A stretch of DNA of 49,253 nt, filler included, from Catajapyx aquilonaris (Eukaryota), in NCBI GenBank assembly GCA_000934665.2. It is 2 parts of 2 records of this genome, joined end to end, with 100 filler letters (N's around TTAATTAATTAA, not from the genome) between each part and the next. Parts side by side here need not be neighbours in the genome. Positions count along the whole stretch, not along the records: positions 1 to 24,571 come from JYFJ02005487.1; positions 24,672 to 49,253 come from KZ539358.1. One strand, given 5' to 3'. The notes under the pieces were generated by a model. The model saw only the letters and a list, made by a program, of their open reading frames with translations. It did not search any database and had not been told where the DNA came from. Positions 12,720-25,177 of the stretch are shown piece after piece. Each line of letters opens with the position of its first letter. Positions within the stretch are counted from its first letter, which is position 1. The translations under genes were made by a program, and so were the position numbers.

Positions 12720-13232
12720 CCTTACCATACCAAGTACGTAATGTACAGTACTGTTTACATACCAAGTACTTAGTACATAATGTATACTACTGTTTACATA
12801 CCAAGTACTTAGTACGTAATGTACTAAACTGTTTACATATCAAGTACTTAGTACGTAATGTACAATACTGTTTACATACCAAGTACTTAGTACGTAATGT
12901 ACTAAACTGTTTACATATCAAGTACTTAGTACGTAATGTACTAAACTGTTTACATACCAAGTACTTAGTACGTAATGTACTAAACTGTTTACATATCAGC
13001 TGATATGTAAACAGTACTGTACATTACGTACTAATACCTAGGTACTAGTACGTAATGTACAGTACTGTTCCCATACCAAGTACTTAGTACGTAATGTCAG
13101 GAGTGAATAACCTGGTAATGTACAGTACTGTTTAGTGTTTACATACCAAGTACTTAGTACGTAACGTACAGTACTGTTTACATACCAAGTACTTAGTACG
13201 TAATGTACAGTACTGTTTACATACCAAGTACT
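12720..13232. repeat. 39-bp GTAC-rich minisatellite with one inverted unit
   Basis: Unit CAAGTACTTAGTACGTAATGTAC(TAA/AGT)ACTGTTTACATA(C/T). An inverted copy is centred on CAGCTG at 12997-13002. Lies in the SENP8 5'-UTR intron (acceptor at 12582-12583). Confidence 0.95.
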
Positions 13233-13587
13233 TCTAAATACTTAATGTATTCCTTACATGCTATGTACTTAGTACTGATGTACTCCCTTAAAGTACTTGA
13301 CATGCTAATTATTCAATCAGAGCAAGTCTTACTTCCAAAATGTCTAATTATTATGAAAATTAATGATTTGTGAAACGTTCCGTTGAGTTGGTCGTTTGCT
13401 CCGAAGGCCTAATTAATGTGGCTGGCGGTTGAAGGAGTCTCCCGGGTGTACACCCAAACGTCCAGCTTGCCCTGGAAGTTCCACAGAGTTAATTATTAGC
13501 GCTAAAATTACCGTTAATTAATGAAGAGGACTCAAAATTGCATGAAATTGAAGGAATCCAGAAAAAAGAACACTTGGTTGTGGATTC

Positions 13588-13597
13588 AAAATGGCGG
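13588..13597 (-). promoter_or_regulatory. YY1/Pho-type motif CCGCCATTTT near the probable SENP8 transcription start
   Basis: AAAATGGCGG on + reads CCGCCATTTT on the SENP8 sense strand. Confidence 0.35.
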
Positions 13598-15132
13598 AAC
13601 ACCCTCCAAAGTTGCCAGACCATTATTGTACTTTAGAACGATTATGCGTGGATTAATTGCCAAATTGTTTCATTACTAAATTAAATCTAGTAACCACACT
13701 AGTAACATAATTAGATGTTTAAGAATTAATGGATTTAATTTATTAATAAATTTATTACGAAAAGTTGCCAGGTGCAGTGGTACTGTATTGCGGTATACAG
13801 TATTTTTTTGTACATTATTAAATGTTTTGCGATTGAAAATAAGTTGAATGCTGCACTTTTTATTTATCATGTAAAAATTCAGTGGTTCAGCAGTGACCTG
13901 GATAATCATGACCACTCCTTTGAATTGAAGGAGTATGACCCCATTACCTATACTGCCGGAGAATCTTGCGCTATTGCCGGCTATTGCAATTGGATGTGAT
14001 GTGATTATTTTATTATAATATCATTTTGGCACACTGAATTGGCTGATGTTAGTTCAAGAGACACATCCTTCAGATAACGTAAAGGATACACTATTTTGCA
14101 CTAGGTTTATCAATCTGATAAATTTTTGCAGATGTGTCGAAGACTGATGTTTTGATAATGGGATATATGCTATACAAGAAACTATTCAGATTTAGGGGAG
14201 GTTTGTTTTATTCACAATTAAATGACATTTATAACCTTATAATTTGAATTGAAGTGTAATTATGTTTCACTCGTGGTCTGTTTATTTTTCATGTTGCATA
14301 TGTACGGTCCGCAACAATTGAGGCACAGAAGAGTGAAAAAGAAGGAAAGGTTTTTTTTTTTTTGAAAAAGCTAGAAAAGCTAGCGATCAACTCGCAAAAA
14401 TTATTTCCACTCAATGTTCTCCATACCTGCAGGGATAGAATTCAGAATCTCAAAATAAAGTGCCATTTGGCCTCGATTTCAAAAGAAGGCTGTAACCAAA
14501 TTGTGACAAGGATAAACATGAGCCTTATTACGAAGCCACGAGTAAAAATTATTTTTGTCCTTGAAAGATTAGTGATACTATGCCTTTTTTAAAACTCCCA
14601 TTTTATCAACACACTTTACCAAGGTAGGGTCATACCCCTGAAAAGCATCAGAAAGTTTCATCACATCACATACACACTTTTATATGAGCATTTATTAGCC
14701 AGATAATGTCACATCTGTAGGCCTACATATCTATAGGCCTAATAACAGAGCTTGGGTGGGCTTGCGAGATTGAAAAATGCAAGATGTAAACAAGATGAGT
14801 TTATTTCTTCGAAGTGACCACTCTTTGTTGAGTCGTGAGTGGCACCGAGTTACACTCATGAGGTTGAAAAAGCATGCAATTTTGTACAAGACAAATTGAG
14901 CTTTTCTCGTCAATACAGCATCTTCCCAAAGTGCATCTTTACACAAAGTTAGAGACCTCAGCTCCAACATCTGAGAGAGCACTCGGGCAATAAATTAACA
15001 TGTTGACAAAACATGGATCACATCAGGTCAACCTGAGATTTAAGGTAACTAATTTTTTAAAACTATTTAAAACATTTAAAATTAGCCGAGTCTAATAAAT
15101 AAAATGTTTGTCATTTTTTTTTTCATGGACTT

Positions 15133-17962
15133 CTACGAAGGAGCAGGAACCAGGAGCATCTGAGGCTTGTTCTGGACCACGGCTTCATCCTGGAGCATCG
15201 CCTCGTCTTCTTCCATGATGGTGGATATGTGGTGGTCTCCTTCAGAGTCCCCATCGTACAGGCTGGTCTCGCTGCTGAACGGACTTGAAGAAAAGTGCAG
15301 GTTCTTGCCACCAGCAGGCAGCATCTCTTCTACGGAGAGGCTGCAAAAATCATAAAATTATTATTAATCAACATAGTTAAGATACGCTCTATTTTAATAA
15401 TTCCTCATTGCATTCTTAACAAGTTTTAATTTTTCTCTGAACTTGTTATGGTACAATAATTGTGTTTTACCACCAAAAATATTACATGAAAATGTTTGCT
15501 ATTACACTAAAATTTAGGATCATTTTTTAATAGGTCATACTCTTCAGTATAAATAGTGAAAGTAATTACTTTTGAATTTCAGTGGAAAATGAATGACTGC
15601 TACATTTAGATTAACATTCTGACAATGGCTGAAATTGCTCCTTACCTGTCACTAAATATGGATCCATTTCCTGAAGAAGGTGTGTTGACCATGATGAGGT
15701 TGATAGCAGGCACAGGCGTGTCGTCACGTTCTCCGCGGAGGTTGGCCTCCATGTCTCGGACGCTCAAGTTTGTCTGCAGGAACAGGTGCAAGATCCGCTC
15801 AGACAACCACACCTGACACTTCATCAAGCTGGAAACAGGAGCAATAATAATTAGTTGCACATCAATATGTTGGATGAATTCTGTATGGTACGCTACACCA
15901 AAAGCTGAAGCTTTAATAATTACGCCATTACGGTAACCTTTAATTATTCACAGGATGCTACCCTGCACATTAAGTGTGGAGTCCTGATTCTACTCAACTG
16001 ATAAACCACAACGCTGTGTGCAGTACTTACTTGCGCAAGAATTCAGCCAATCCCTTGCATCGCTCGTCCAAGTACTCCTGGGTATAACGGTGTATGGCAA
16101 ATACTTTCCTCGGTGGCAGAGACGGCAACTTGCTGTCAAAATAAAAACATACTGTAGAGTTGTCCAGCCAATCATATTCAAACATGACAAAAATAATCAG
16201 AAGGGAAATGACACAACTGTTCTGATCCAATCAATCTTTTTCTTGCCATGACAGCACAATAATTATTGATTGCTCAATTAACTAAGTTGATCTCTTACAA
16301 CAAATTAGTGCTGATGTATCATATAACATCACTTGTGAAACTGGTTAAGTAGCCACTAATCAGACCTTGCTGATGAAGATAATCAAGGCTTCTTGCACCT
16401 TTTAAACATGATAAAAAGATCTGCATCACCCACACGTACTCAAACGCATCACTTTAATCAAGAAAGCCATTTATGATAAGTTGCCTCCTTGATTAGACTT
16501 GAGCAATCAGGTCGTTTATTCTACGGAGTGTGTTACTTTAATTGTTATAAAGAAAATGCATGGCATATTTTCAATTAAGCAAAGTGGCCATCCAACAATA
16601 TGCAAACACAATGAGTGCAAATGCTTTGCACTATACGCATACTTACAGGGTTGGATGGTGCTCGTGAAGTCTCTGCCGCAACCATCTGAAATCAGCATAC
16701 CGTCGCCTGGACGTCGACTCAGTCAATGTGAAGGCCCAGTGATTGGTCTGAAATCAACCAGAGAAGAGACACTTTTAGCAATCAGGTTCAACCAAGCCTT
16801 TATACACCCAGTGGGCTGACTATTGCTCACCTTTATCTGCACCTGGTAAGTGGCAAATCTCATGTGCCACGGTGTGACAAAGATGACTGGCTCAGACACC
16901 TCCACGTCAATGTAAAGCTGCGGAAAAGACATTGAAAATAAAAACATCTGTGCAACTCATCTAATAATAATGGCTGTTGATATTTATTAATTCAAGGTGA
17001 AATTTAGTGAGAATTCATGCTTGTAGATTCAAATGGTTGTTGGAGCAAACAACCCGTAATTTCTCCCTCCTATATATGTCTCATGGACTTGTGCAGTACA
17101 CCATGTCAACACATAAAACCGGTTATGAACTCGACTGTTAGTCATACAACTATGAAGCGAGCTAATGATGGGTTATTTTTAGTCTCGGCGACAATAAGTT
17201 TCTGGTGCGTCTCAATACGTCTAGACAGCACAAGTTTGACAGGCGCCAACCTATTGTCTCCGAGTGTACATGTGGCTGCATAAACCATCTCGCAATAATT
17301 ACTGGTATATGCTCAATGCAATCATGATCACAATTATGGCGCATGATTAGTCAAAACTCCATACTTCTATTGTGGAAAAAAAAAATATATATCACTCGCT
17401 CTATCAGCACGATTATAAAAATGGGCCGTTGCTTTCAAAACATCGGGGGAAAAAACTACTGGGTGATCCAAAAGTCTGGACACACAGCAGGATACAATTG
17501 ACAATATAAATATTATTACCTATGTGTCCAGACTTATTTTTGGTCACCTTGTAGGTATAAGCGGTAAAGACCTATCGAGGTATTCAAATCAATAAGTACA
17601 CGCATGTACCTATGTCAAAAGGGGCCGCAAATCACCTCAAAATCACCAATTTTGCGAAAAATACATTACAATGTTACAAAAAATTGGTTGCGCGATTTTT
17701 TTTTGCAATAAAACCACATTAGGAAGTATAAATAGGTAGGCCTACATGTACGCAAATAAAGAAGTAAATAGAGTACCGCATGTACCAATCGGTCTGTCAA
17801 AAGGGGCCACTAATCCAAGTTGCAAAAATACACTACAAGGATACAAAAATTAGCAGCAACGTTGTGCGAAAATTGTTGCAAAAAAAGGAAAAATCTCGAA
17901 ATCGGTGATTTGGCCCCCCTAATTTGTGATATGCACTGTACCTTTTCACGTTCAGAGTCCAT
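15133..17962 (-). CDS. PX-domain sorting nexin, SNX10/SNX11-like, ~233 aa; exons 17962-17942, 16917-16831, 16747-16647, 16132-16031, 15828-15646, 15340-15133
   Basis: PX signature: YQVQIKTNHWAFT..S..RRRYADFRWLRQRL, LPSLPPRK, ERCKGLAEFL, LHLFLQT. Splice phases are consistent (702 nt). The first exon is less certain. Confidence 0.85.
17459..17551. mobile_element. Tiny Tc1/mariner-type MITE (~93 bp)
   Basis: TA|CTGGGTGATCCAAAAGTCTGGACAC ... GTGTCCAGACTTATTTTTGGTCACCTTG|TA: imperfect TIRs with TA on both sides. Confidence 0.6.
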
Positions 17963-20585
17963 TGCCTGCTGCTGCTGTGTGTATGGTCTGCTCGTAGATT
18001 CCTCCTGATGGATGTGATTGGGATGACCACTGTCCAAAGCCGTGTCCTGCTAGTGACTGAGGTGTTCACAGAGTGAGGTCCTAAAGGGGGAATGCAGCAG
18101 GACCAATTGCGAGGCAGTACTTTTAGAGCCGAGCATGAGTCAATCAGCAGGGAGCATCAGTTGGGGACTTTCCACGTGATATCACCTCTTGTCTCTCCCA
18201 GTCAGAGGCAGTTTGACCCGTTTAAATATAAAAAAATACACGTGACGTTTGACGCCCTATGGTCTGGACAAGGGGGCGGCGAGTAGGGGAGGGCTTGACC
18301 AAAGGACACCCGAAATTTCAGAATCGTCATATAGAGAGAGTCAACAATGGATCCGGATTAGGCCATGTCAATATTTTGACTCTTGGTAAAATTGGCAACC
18401 TTGGAGTACACACACACCTTTATTTCTTTTTATCGGTGAATATTGCCCCAACCTTTCTCGGCAATGTCAATATTAAGATATTTCATTCAGTGACACATGT
18501 TGACATCTTGTCTGGGTCGCTGCCCAAGGCGAAGGCTGTTGGACATTAATGGTGTCGTACTGGTGGCGCCATGATCCAATGCAGGCAAAAGAGCGAATCG
18601 CAATTTGCCTAAGTTATGATCAAGAGTGATCAAATGAAGGTGGTCATCCGGAGGATATAAGTGAAGGCCGCATATTTCGATTCGCTTTTTTCCGACAACA
18701 GCTCGTGGCACCACCAGCACAATGTCAGATCAGCAAGTGAATATCCTAATTCAATTTACGTTCAGCAAATATTAATTCAATCCTAGTCAAAGCTTTGATG
18801 ATTCAGACGATTGGAACTTGGGGGCATTGGACTGATTCATAGATTTTTGTACATGGGCCATGTCTCTCTATGACGTAATGAGGTTATTGTTCGGCTAATG
18901 AGTCATGTTTGGGGAGGGAAAGGATGAGGCAGAAAAGGACGCGAATATTCAGATAACGAATCACCGTGATTTCACTGCATTTGCGCCATAGTACACACAA
19001 TTTTTTCCTCCTTGTATTTTGGTATTGACATGCACACGTTTTGTATCAAAAAAGGCAGATAAATGTTTAAAAAACAATTTGTTATCTGTCAAGCGAAATT
19101 TGCTGATGGGGTTAAATCCATGCATCCAAATCAACAATTATGAAATATTGAAAGTGATAAATCGTTGGGCTATAAACGTGGGCAGCATTGCTGTTGTAAT
19201 TCAAAATGTATATAGTTACATAAAAATGGCATTCATGCTCTTTTTTTATTTAAAAAAATATAGGCTACGAATTGTGATAGAGTTCATCCGTACCCAAACA
19301 CATTTAAAGTCGTAAAAGGATAATCTCAATACAAGTAGGTGTATATCCATCACCTTGAAAAACCATATTGCTAAATAACTTCGTATGTAACCTCAAAAGT
19401 ACGGCCAAACAATTAATCTCCAAGAGAACTGTCTTTTATCATCCTGTGATAAGATGCAGGTGTAGTACAAGTACTTGTTTCCCATTGATACGACCGGAAA
19501 TGCAGACGCAATACCAATAATAGTAATATTCAAGAGGTCAACTGTCTCTAGCAACGTATTAAATGGTACTCAAATTACAAGCTTTTTCGCACAAATAATT
19601 CGCAATAAAGATCGTGGAAAATTGGTTTTCTTAATTACGTAATCCCCTCCCCAGTGTTATCATAAGGAGGTAGATCACATTTCCAGGTGTACTTAGGCCT
19701 TTCGATGCCCCCGATGCCCTGCATAATACTTGTTGTTTAGAGGGGAAAACCTTGATTGGCACAGGGATACACTTGTAAGTGCGCAAGTGTCGGAAAGTTT
19801 TTGTATCTTATCTCTGAGGTGCGCCTTTTGTCTTTGATGCGGTAAAAATCATCGGTCATTGTATTTTGCAACGTAGTGTTTATGCTCTCTGATAAAATTG
19901 GAAGAAGAAAAAACATCCGCTGTAAAAATCCATTGCCAACAAAGATGACTTTTCCTTCTTCAGTCACACTATTACGCATAAGGGAAGGAATATATATCTC
20001 ATTTTTTTTCTTAGTGAGTATAGGATATAAGAAGCGTAAATATTTAGACAGCCTGGCCAATGTCTAATAGAGATTTGTGATCGGGTACATGGCCCTATGG
20101 AGAGGTGAATCTGGTGACCGTATGTCGCGCCTGTGACTCATTAAAACCAAGTCAAGTCTAGGGCGGTATATAGTAAATATTCAGTTTACTCACCCCAAGT
20201 CAAAGGGTGTCCTTTCTTGACCAACTGTCACACAATATTTTTTGAAGCTTAGAAGGGAAAGAGGCAATACTGTTTCATTACAAATGTTTCGGGACAAATA
20301 TATGTAACATCAGCACTCAAGCAAGGTGAAGGTTATGGGATGACACCAGCACACACACATCTGTCCTTTGCTATATACAAGGTGAAGGATAATTCATCAA
20401 ATTATTTGTATGTGTACATGCAGTACATTTCAATGTTACTGATACTGTCCGCTCTCTGGATAAATAAACAGTGCTGAGCATACTGTTTGAATACAGTTCA
20501 AAAGTGTTCATGAGGGTTGACCCCCACCTTGTACTCTGTATTGCCTTCAGTTTCATGTTATCCCGAGGATATCAGTACTACTAAC

Positions 20586-20659
20586 ATTACCTAGTCTATT
20601 ATTTCCTTGTCATTCTGTCACTTTAGACAGAATGACAAGGAAATAATAGACTAGGTAAT
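20586..20659. repeat. Perfect 34-bp inverted repeat with a 6-nt loop
   Basis: ATTACCTAGTCTATTATTTCCTTGTCATTCTGTC, then ACTTTA, then the exact reverse complement. Confidence 0.9.
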
Positions 20660-22892
20660 CTTTGACCTTGAAAAATACTAAACAACCGCATGGCATGGAT
20701 TCATTTTGCAACAGGTTTTTTCCATTAATGATCAGACCCATCATCCTCGTCATCGTTCAAATCAATGTTCACAATCGCTGGCACTCGTCCTCCTCTCTTG
20801 CAGATTTTCCTGACTGGGAATGATGTCGGGCTTTTGTTTACCTGCTTCCTGTTGCTCTCCTTTAAATGTAATTGGCTGGTCAAAAATAATCCTGGCACCT
20901 TCAACATTAACACTCTACATCTGACCATAAAAAAATACAAGTTTCTCTTTCTAACTGCTTTATTTCATGTGACACAGTGCATTCACGCTAATGGAAACTT
21001 ATAAATACCAACTACTTGTTTATTTCAAAGATGACGACGTATTGAAGTGACCTGAAATTCGGAAGGGGATGGTATTCCAGGTTAAAAAAAGGGTCATGCC
21101 CTAACATGATGATTAGGAAACATATTATGATAAAAATAACCACACTTTAATTACACGTATGCAGAGGTGAAATATCAGAGTCACACATGCAGTGCAAAAT
21201 TACAATTTTTAATTTAACCGTAATTGAAAATACAGCATTCTTGAATATATTATCTTGGTTTTTCAGATGCAAAAAATTATGCTTGCATTTCTGGTGGCGT
21301 TCAGATCAGTGATCTTTTGCATTATACAACTATTCATGGGCTTCCGCTTACTCAGTTAAATGAAAGGTTGAAAGCAAAATCTCAGCAATCGCCATCTGAT
21401 TTGCCCATTAACACAGTTTCATGTGAATTTTCAAAAAAACAATTATCTGATAGGCGTGTATGTGTAGGCGACAACTTATGGCACTTGAAAAATCACATCT
21501 CCATTTCTGGTTGAAGTGAACAAAGGTTTACATATATCTTTTGCTTTTCATAATCTAACAAAACAGCAAATTTTCCAACTGTACTCGTTCTTCCTAAATG
21601 TTAATAAACGTATCCAGCTGTGTGTATGAGGGTAACTAGCGGTTGTGTCCCCCTAAAAATAGGCCTAAAGGCCAGATCATGGGGTATGTAATAAATAAAT
21701 AAATAAATAAACATGCCATTGAAAAGGACATGGAAGAGATGTTTTTAATGGTGTAAGCCTGTAAGTATAGGATTCAACAATCGACCCAACTCCACATGGA
21801 TAATTATATATCCGAGGTCAAAATAATATCATCATTTTGATGATTTTTGGCACATTCGACAATACTGGTATAAATTACTTTTTGGAATATTTTGTCCCAC
21901 TTGCTCCTACTAACAGACAAGTTCTTTAATTTTAAAAAAATAATAAAATGGTCTAGCAGACAATCAATTCAATATTTGGCATGTAATCGCCCAGTAATTC
22001 AATTTATTGTTAACATTTAACTAGCCTGAGGTTGTGTAAATTTTGCCGTAACCACTGTTTCCACATGGAATCCAGCCAGAAATCTTATTCACACTATTTC
22101 TTGACACACGATTGCATAACAGTTACTGAAACAGAATTAATTTTATAATTCTTCATTTTGTGACTGTTTCAGTATTCCAGGTCTGTGCTATAGTATCCTA
22201 CTAGATCCTATACCACACCATGGGCACTCAACCCTCACTCTTTGCTTTTCTTTCTTTCTCCTTCCCCACATTTCACAACAGATTCTCCACATACGGTACC
22301 TCTGCAGGAGTCCGCGACTTTTTCTACATCTAAACTGCTCTACACAAACTTAAAAAACTCTAACTCTTTTGCCTACAATACAATTCATTCGTAAACTAGA
22401 AAGACAGATTCTCAACCAGTGACAGAAAAGCAGGTCCAGTTGGGTGACAGAGACATGATCTGAATACCATTGAGTTATTAGCTTGCTATGGCATTTGATT
22501 TAGCATCAATTTTACACAATCACCAACAAGGTTGGAGACATCTGCCATTGTAAATTGTTCTCTGGGACTCTGGCAGTGAGCTCCGATTAGCTACACAGAT
22601 AAGCATGTGATCGTGTTCTGTTTGCTATGTGGAAATTTTGAATATTAAAAGGTCGTATTGGATTAGCTTTGGGCTGCTTCTGGTCAAGCTTCATTCATAC
22701 AAAACCAATGGGAGGATTGAAAAATCGGTTCAAATGTCGTTGGCATCCCTTACACTAACTTGTCTTTCCCTCACCATCACCATCAGGGATGCCCTAAGCC
22801 CTTCTTAATCACTAAACATTGCAGCTGACAGGGTGAATTCAGATATCTTGACTAAGACATCATCTCAGTGAATGGGGTCTTAAGCACCAAAA

Positions 22893-23885
22893 TCATTTTT
22901 CCCTTGTGTGTGTTTTCTCGTGCTTTTTCAAATTCCCTCGTTCAGCAAACATTTTCTTGCAAATCTCGCAACTGAATGGCTTCTCCCCTGTGTGGGTCAT
23001 CATGTGTCTATTCAAACTTCCTGACTCACTAAACTTTTTCTTGCAAATCTCGCAACTGAATGGCTTCTCCCCTGTGTGGGTCCTCATGTGGACATTCAAA
23101 TCCCCTGGCCGGCTAAACTTTCTCTTGCAAACCTCGCAACTGAATGACTTCTCCCCTGCGTGGGTCATCATGTGTGAATTCAAATGTCCTGACTGACTAA
23201 ACTTTCTCTCACACACCTTGCAGCTGAATGGCTTCTCCCCTGTGTGGGTTCGCATGTGCAGATTCAAATTTCCTGAGTGACGAAACTTTCTCTTGCAAAT
23301 TGAGCAACTGAATGGCTTCTCCCCTGTATGGGTTCGCATGTGCACATTCAAATGTTCTGACCGACTAAACTTTTTCTTGCAAATTGAGCAACTGAATGGC
23401 TTCTCACCTGTGTGGGTCATCATGTGTGCATTCAAACTAAGTGAGTGACTAAACTGTCTCTTGCAAATTGAGCAAATGAATGGCTTCTCCCCTGTATGGG
23501 TTCGCATGTGCACATTCAAATGTCCTGACTCACTAAACTTTTTCTTGCAAACATTGCAACAATATGGCTTCTCCCCTGTGTGGGTTCTCATGTGTGCATT
23601 CAAACTTCCAGACTGACTAAACTTTCTCTTGCAAATTGAGCAACTGAATGGCTTCTCCCCTGTGTGGGTTCTCATGTGTGCAATCAAATTTCCTGACCCA
23701 AACTTTCTATTGCAAATTATGCAACTGAATGGCTTCTCACCAGGATGGATTCTCATATGATTCCTCAATTTAGCCTTGTTAGTGAATATCTTCTTGCAAA
23801 TCTGACAAACCTTCCCCTCCAAGTGTTGCCTTCTCTGCATGTCTTGCTGGTTTCCATTCTTCACATTTTCTTGAGCATCGTTTGC
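22893..23885 (-). CDS. Terminal exon of a tandem C2H2 zinc-finger protein (11 fingers); upstream exons not identified
   Basis: Eleven CX2CX12HX3H units, mostly with TGEKPF linkers (finger 2 is one residue short). Acceptor CCATTTCAG| at 23886. Confidence 0.9.
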   Translation of the reverse strand, partial: ANDAQENVKNGNQQDMQRRQHLEGKVCQICKKIFTNKAKLRNHMRIHPGEKPFSCIICNRKFGSGNLIAHMRTHTGEKPFSCSICKRKFSQSGSLNAHMRTHTGEKPYCCNVCKKKFSESGHLNVHMRTHTGEKPFICSICKRQFSHSLSLNAHMMTHTGEKPFSCSICKKKFSRSEHLNVHMRTHTGEKPFSCSICKRKFRHSGNLNLHMRTHTGEKPFSCKVCERKFSQSGHLNSHMMTHAGEKSFSCEVCKRKFSRPGDLNVHMRTHTGEKPFSCEICKKKFSESGSLNRHMMTHTGEKPFSCEICKKMFAERGNLKKHEKTHTREK

Positions 23886-24078
23886 CTGAAATGGGTATGA
23901 GCTCATCACATTCTTGAAATAAATGCAGGTGTAGACGAAGAGCGAATGTTGGCACTCTCTAGGCTTGTCTTGCAATACCCCCGATTGGGTAATTGAACCG
24001 TGGAATCGGAAAACCAGACAAGTCAAATGAAAAGGCGGTTAGGTACTTGTTGCACTGAGCCTGTCTAAAATCCACATG

Positions 24079-24442
24079 AATGGTCGTAGGTGCACCAAAT
24101 TTGCAAGGGGGATGCATGCAACGAATCCAAACTAATCGGAATAGGTTGGAATAATATCTGAGCACCAGGGGCGACACTGTGGCCGTCTCTTTGGACCCCC
24201 TGCCCGCGAAAGGGCCCTTTGACTTTTCTGATTTTCCGATTCCATGGCTTGTAGAAGCCAAGATCCAGCCTGCTACAATCCAGAGGAATGGTCGTAGGTG
24301 CACCAAATTTGCAAGTGGGGTGCATGCAACGAATCCAAACTAATCGGAATTGGTTGGAATCATATCTGAGCACCAGAGGCGACACTGTGGCCGTTTCTTT
24401 GGACCCCCTGCCCAACTTGTCTGATTTTCCGATTCCATGGCT
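24079..24442. repeat. Diverged direct repeat (period 208 bp), probably TE-internal
   Basis: AATGGTCGTAGGTGCACCAAATTTGCAAG...GATTCCATGGCT begins at 24079 and again at 24287. Confidence 0.8.
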
Positions 24443-24571
24443 CGTGGAAGGCAAGAACCAGACAAGTCAGCATGGGTATAGTACCTACAAGACCTAGTAT
24501 GCCAACCGGCCTATGCCTCCAATGGAAAGCTCGCCCCCCAAAAAAGTTGAAAATCCGCCAGGTGGCACTGC

Positions 24572-24671
24572 NNNNNNNNNNNNNNNNNNNNNNNNNNNNN
24601 NNNNNNNNNNNNNNNTTAATTAATTAANNNNNNNNNNNNNNNNNNNNNNNNNNNNNNNNNNNNNNNNNNNN
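24572..24671. other. Artificial contig/scaffold spacer
   Basis: 44 N + TTAATTAATTAA (stops in all six frames) + 44 N, exactly 100 nt. Confidence 0.9.
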
Positions 24672-25177
24672 ACATCCTCAATGCTAAGGCACAATGAACT
24701 CTGATGTTAATAGTTAGTTACATTTGCAATATACCCTTTATATATGGGTTATATATCGATGGGTAACACACATATGATCGATGGCCTTGACATTCACAAA
24801 GCAACGTACTCCTTTATGTACTGTACAGTACGTTTCCAAGATGTTTCCATGTAATATTCCTCGTAGCCAAACTTCTTTATTATTATGTACTGTACATATC
24901 CCCATCATCGACGCCAAATTAAAATGGAAAAGTTAATGGTTAATGACTTCTCTTATTTACCATAAGAGTGAGAGACACGGGCGGGCTGTTATGATAATTA
25001 TGTGGAGTTGCGTCTGAGGAACAGGAATGCACCTTCACATGTAGAAAGGACTCTCTTTTTTTCCCGTTTTTTTCCTCTGGGGGGATACCCGGCGATACCC
25101 GGCGTTGCTCGAGAAGAAAGTAATGGAAATCAAGCTGAAAAGGACAGGCCAAAAAATGCATGTAATTAAGAATTAAG

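Noticed and set aside
12710..13003. 97-aa repeat protein (KYLVRNVLNCLH)n
   Set aside because: By-product of a 39-bp unit, antisense within the SENP8 5' intron.
19737..20060. Helitron/PIF1 helicase remnant (GKVIFVGNGFLQ..LLPI resembles GKVVVLGGDFRQILPV)
   Set aside because: Only one weak motif, with no other helicase motifs readable. It needs a BLASTx/HMM test.
20725..20940. Possible terminal exon ending DLNDDEDDGSDH
   Set aside because: An acceptor-like site exists at 20921, but there is no recognisable domain or linked upstream exon.
23959..24454. ORFs 23959-24306 and 24065-24454 as ZNF upstream exons
   Set aside because: They are translations of the 208-bp repeat with no recognisable domain.
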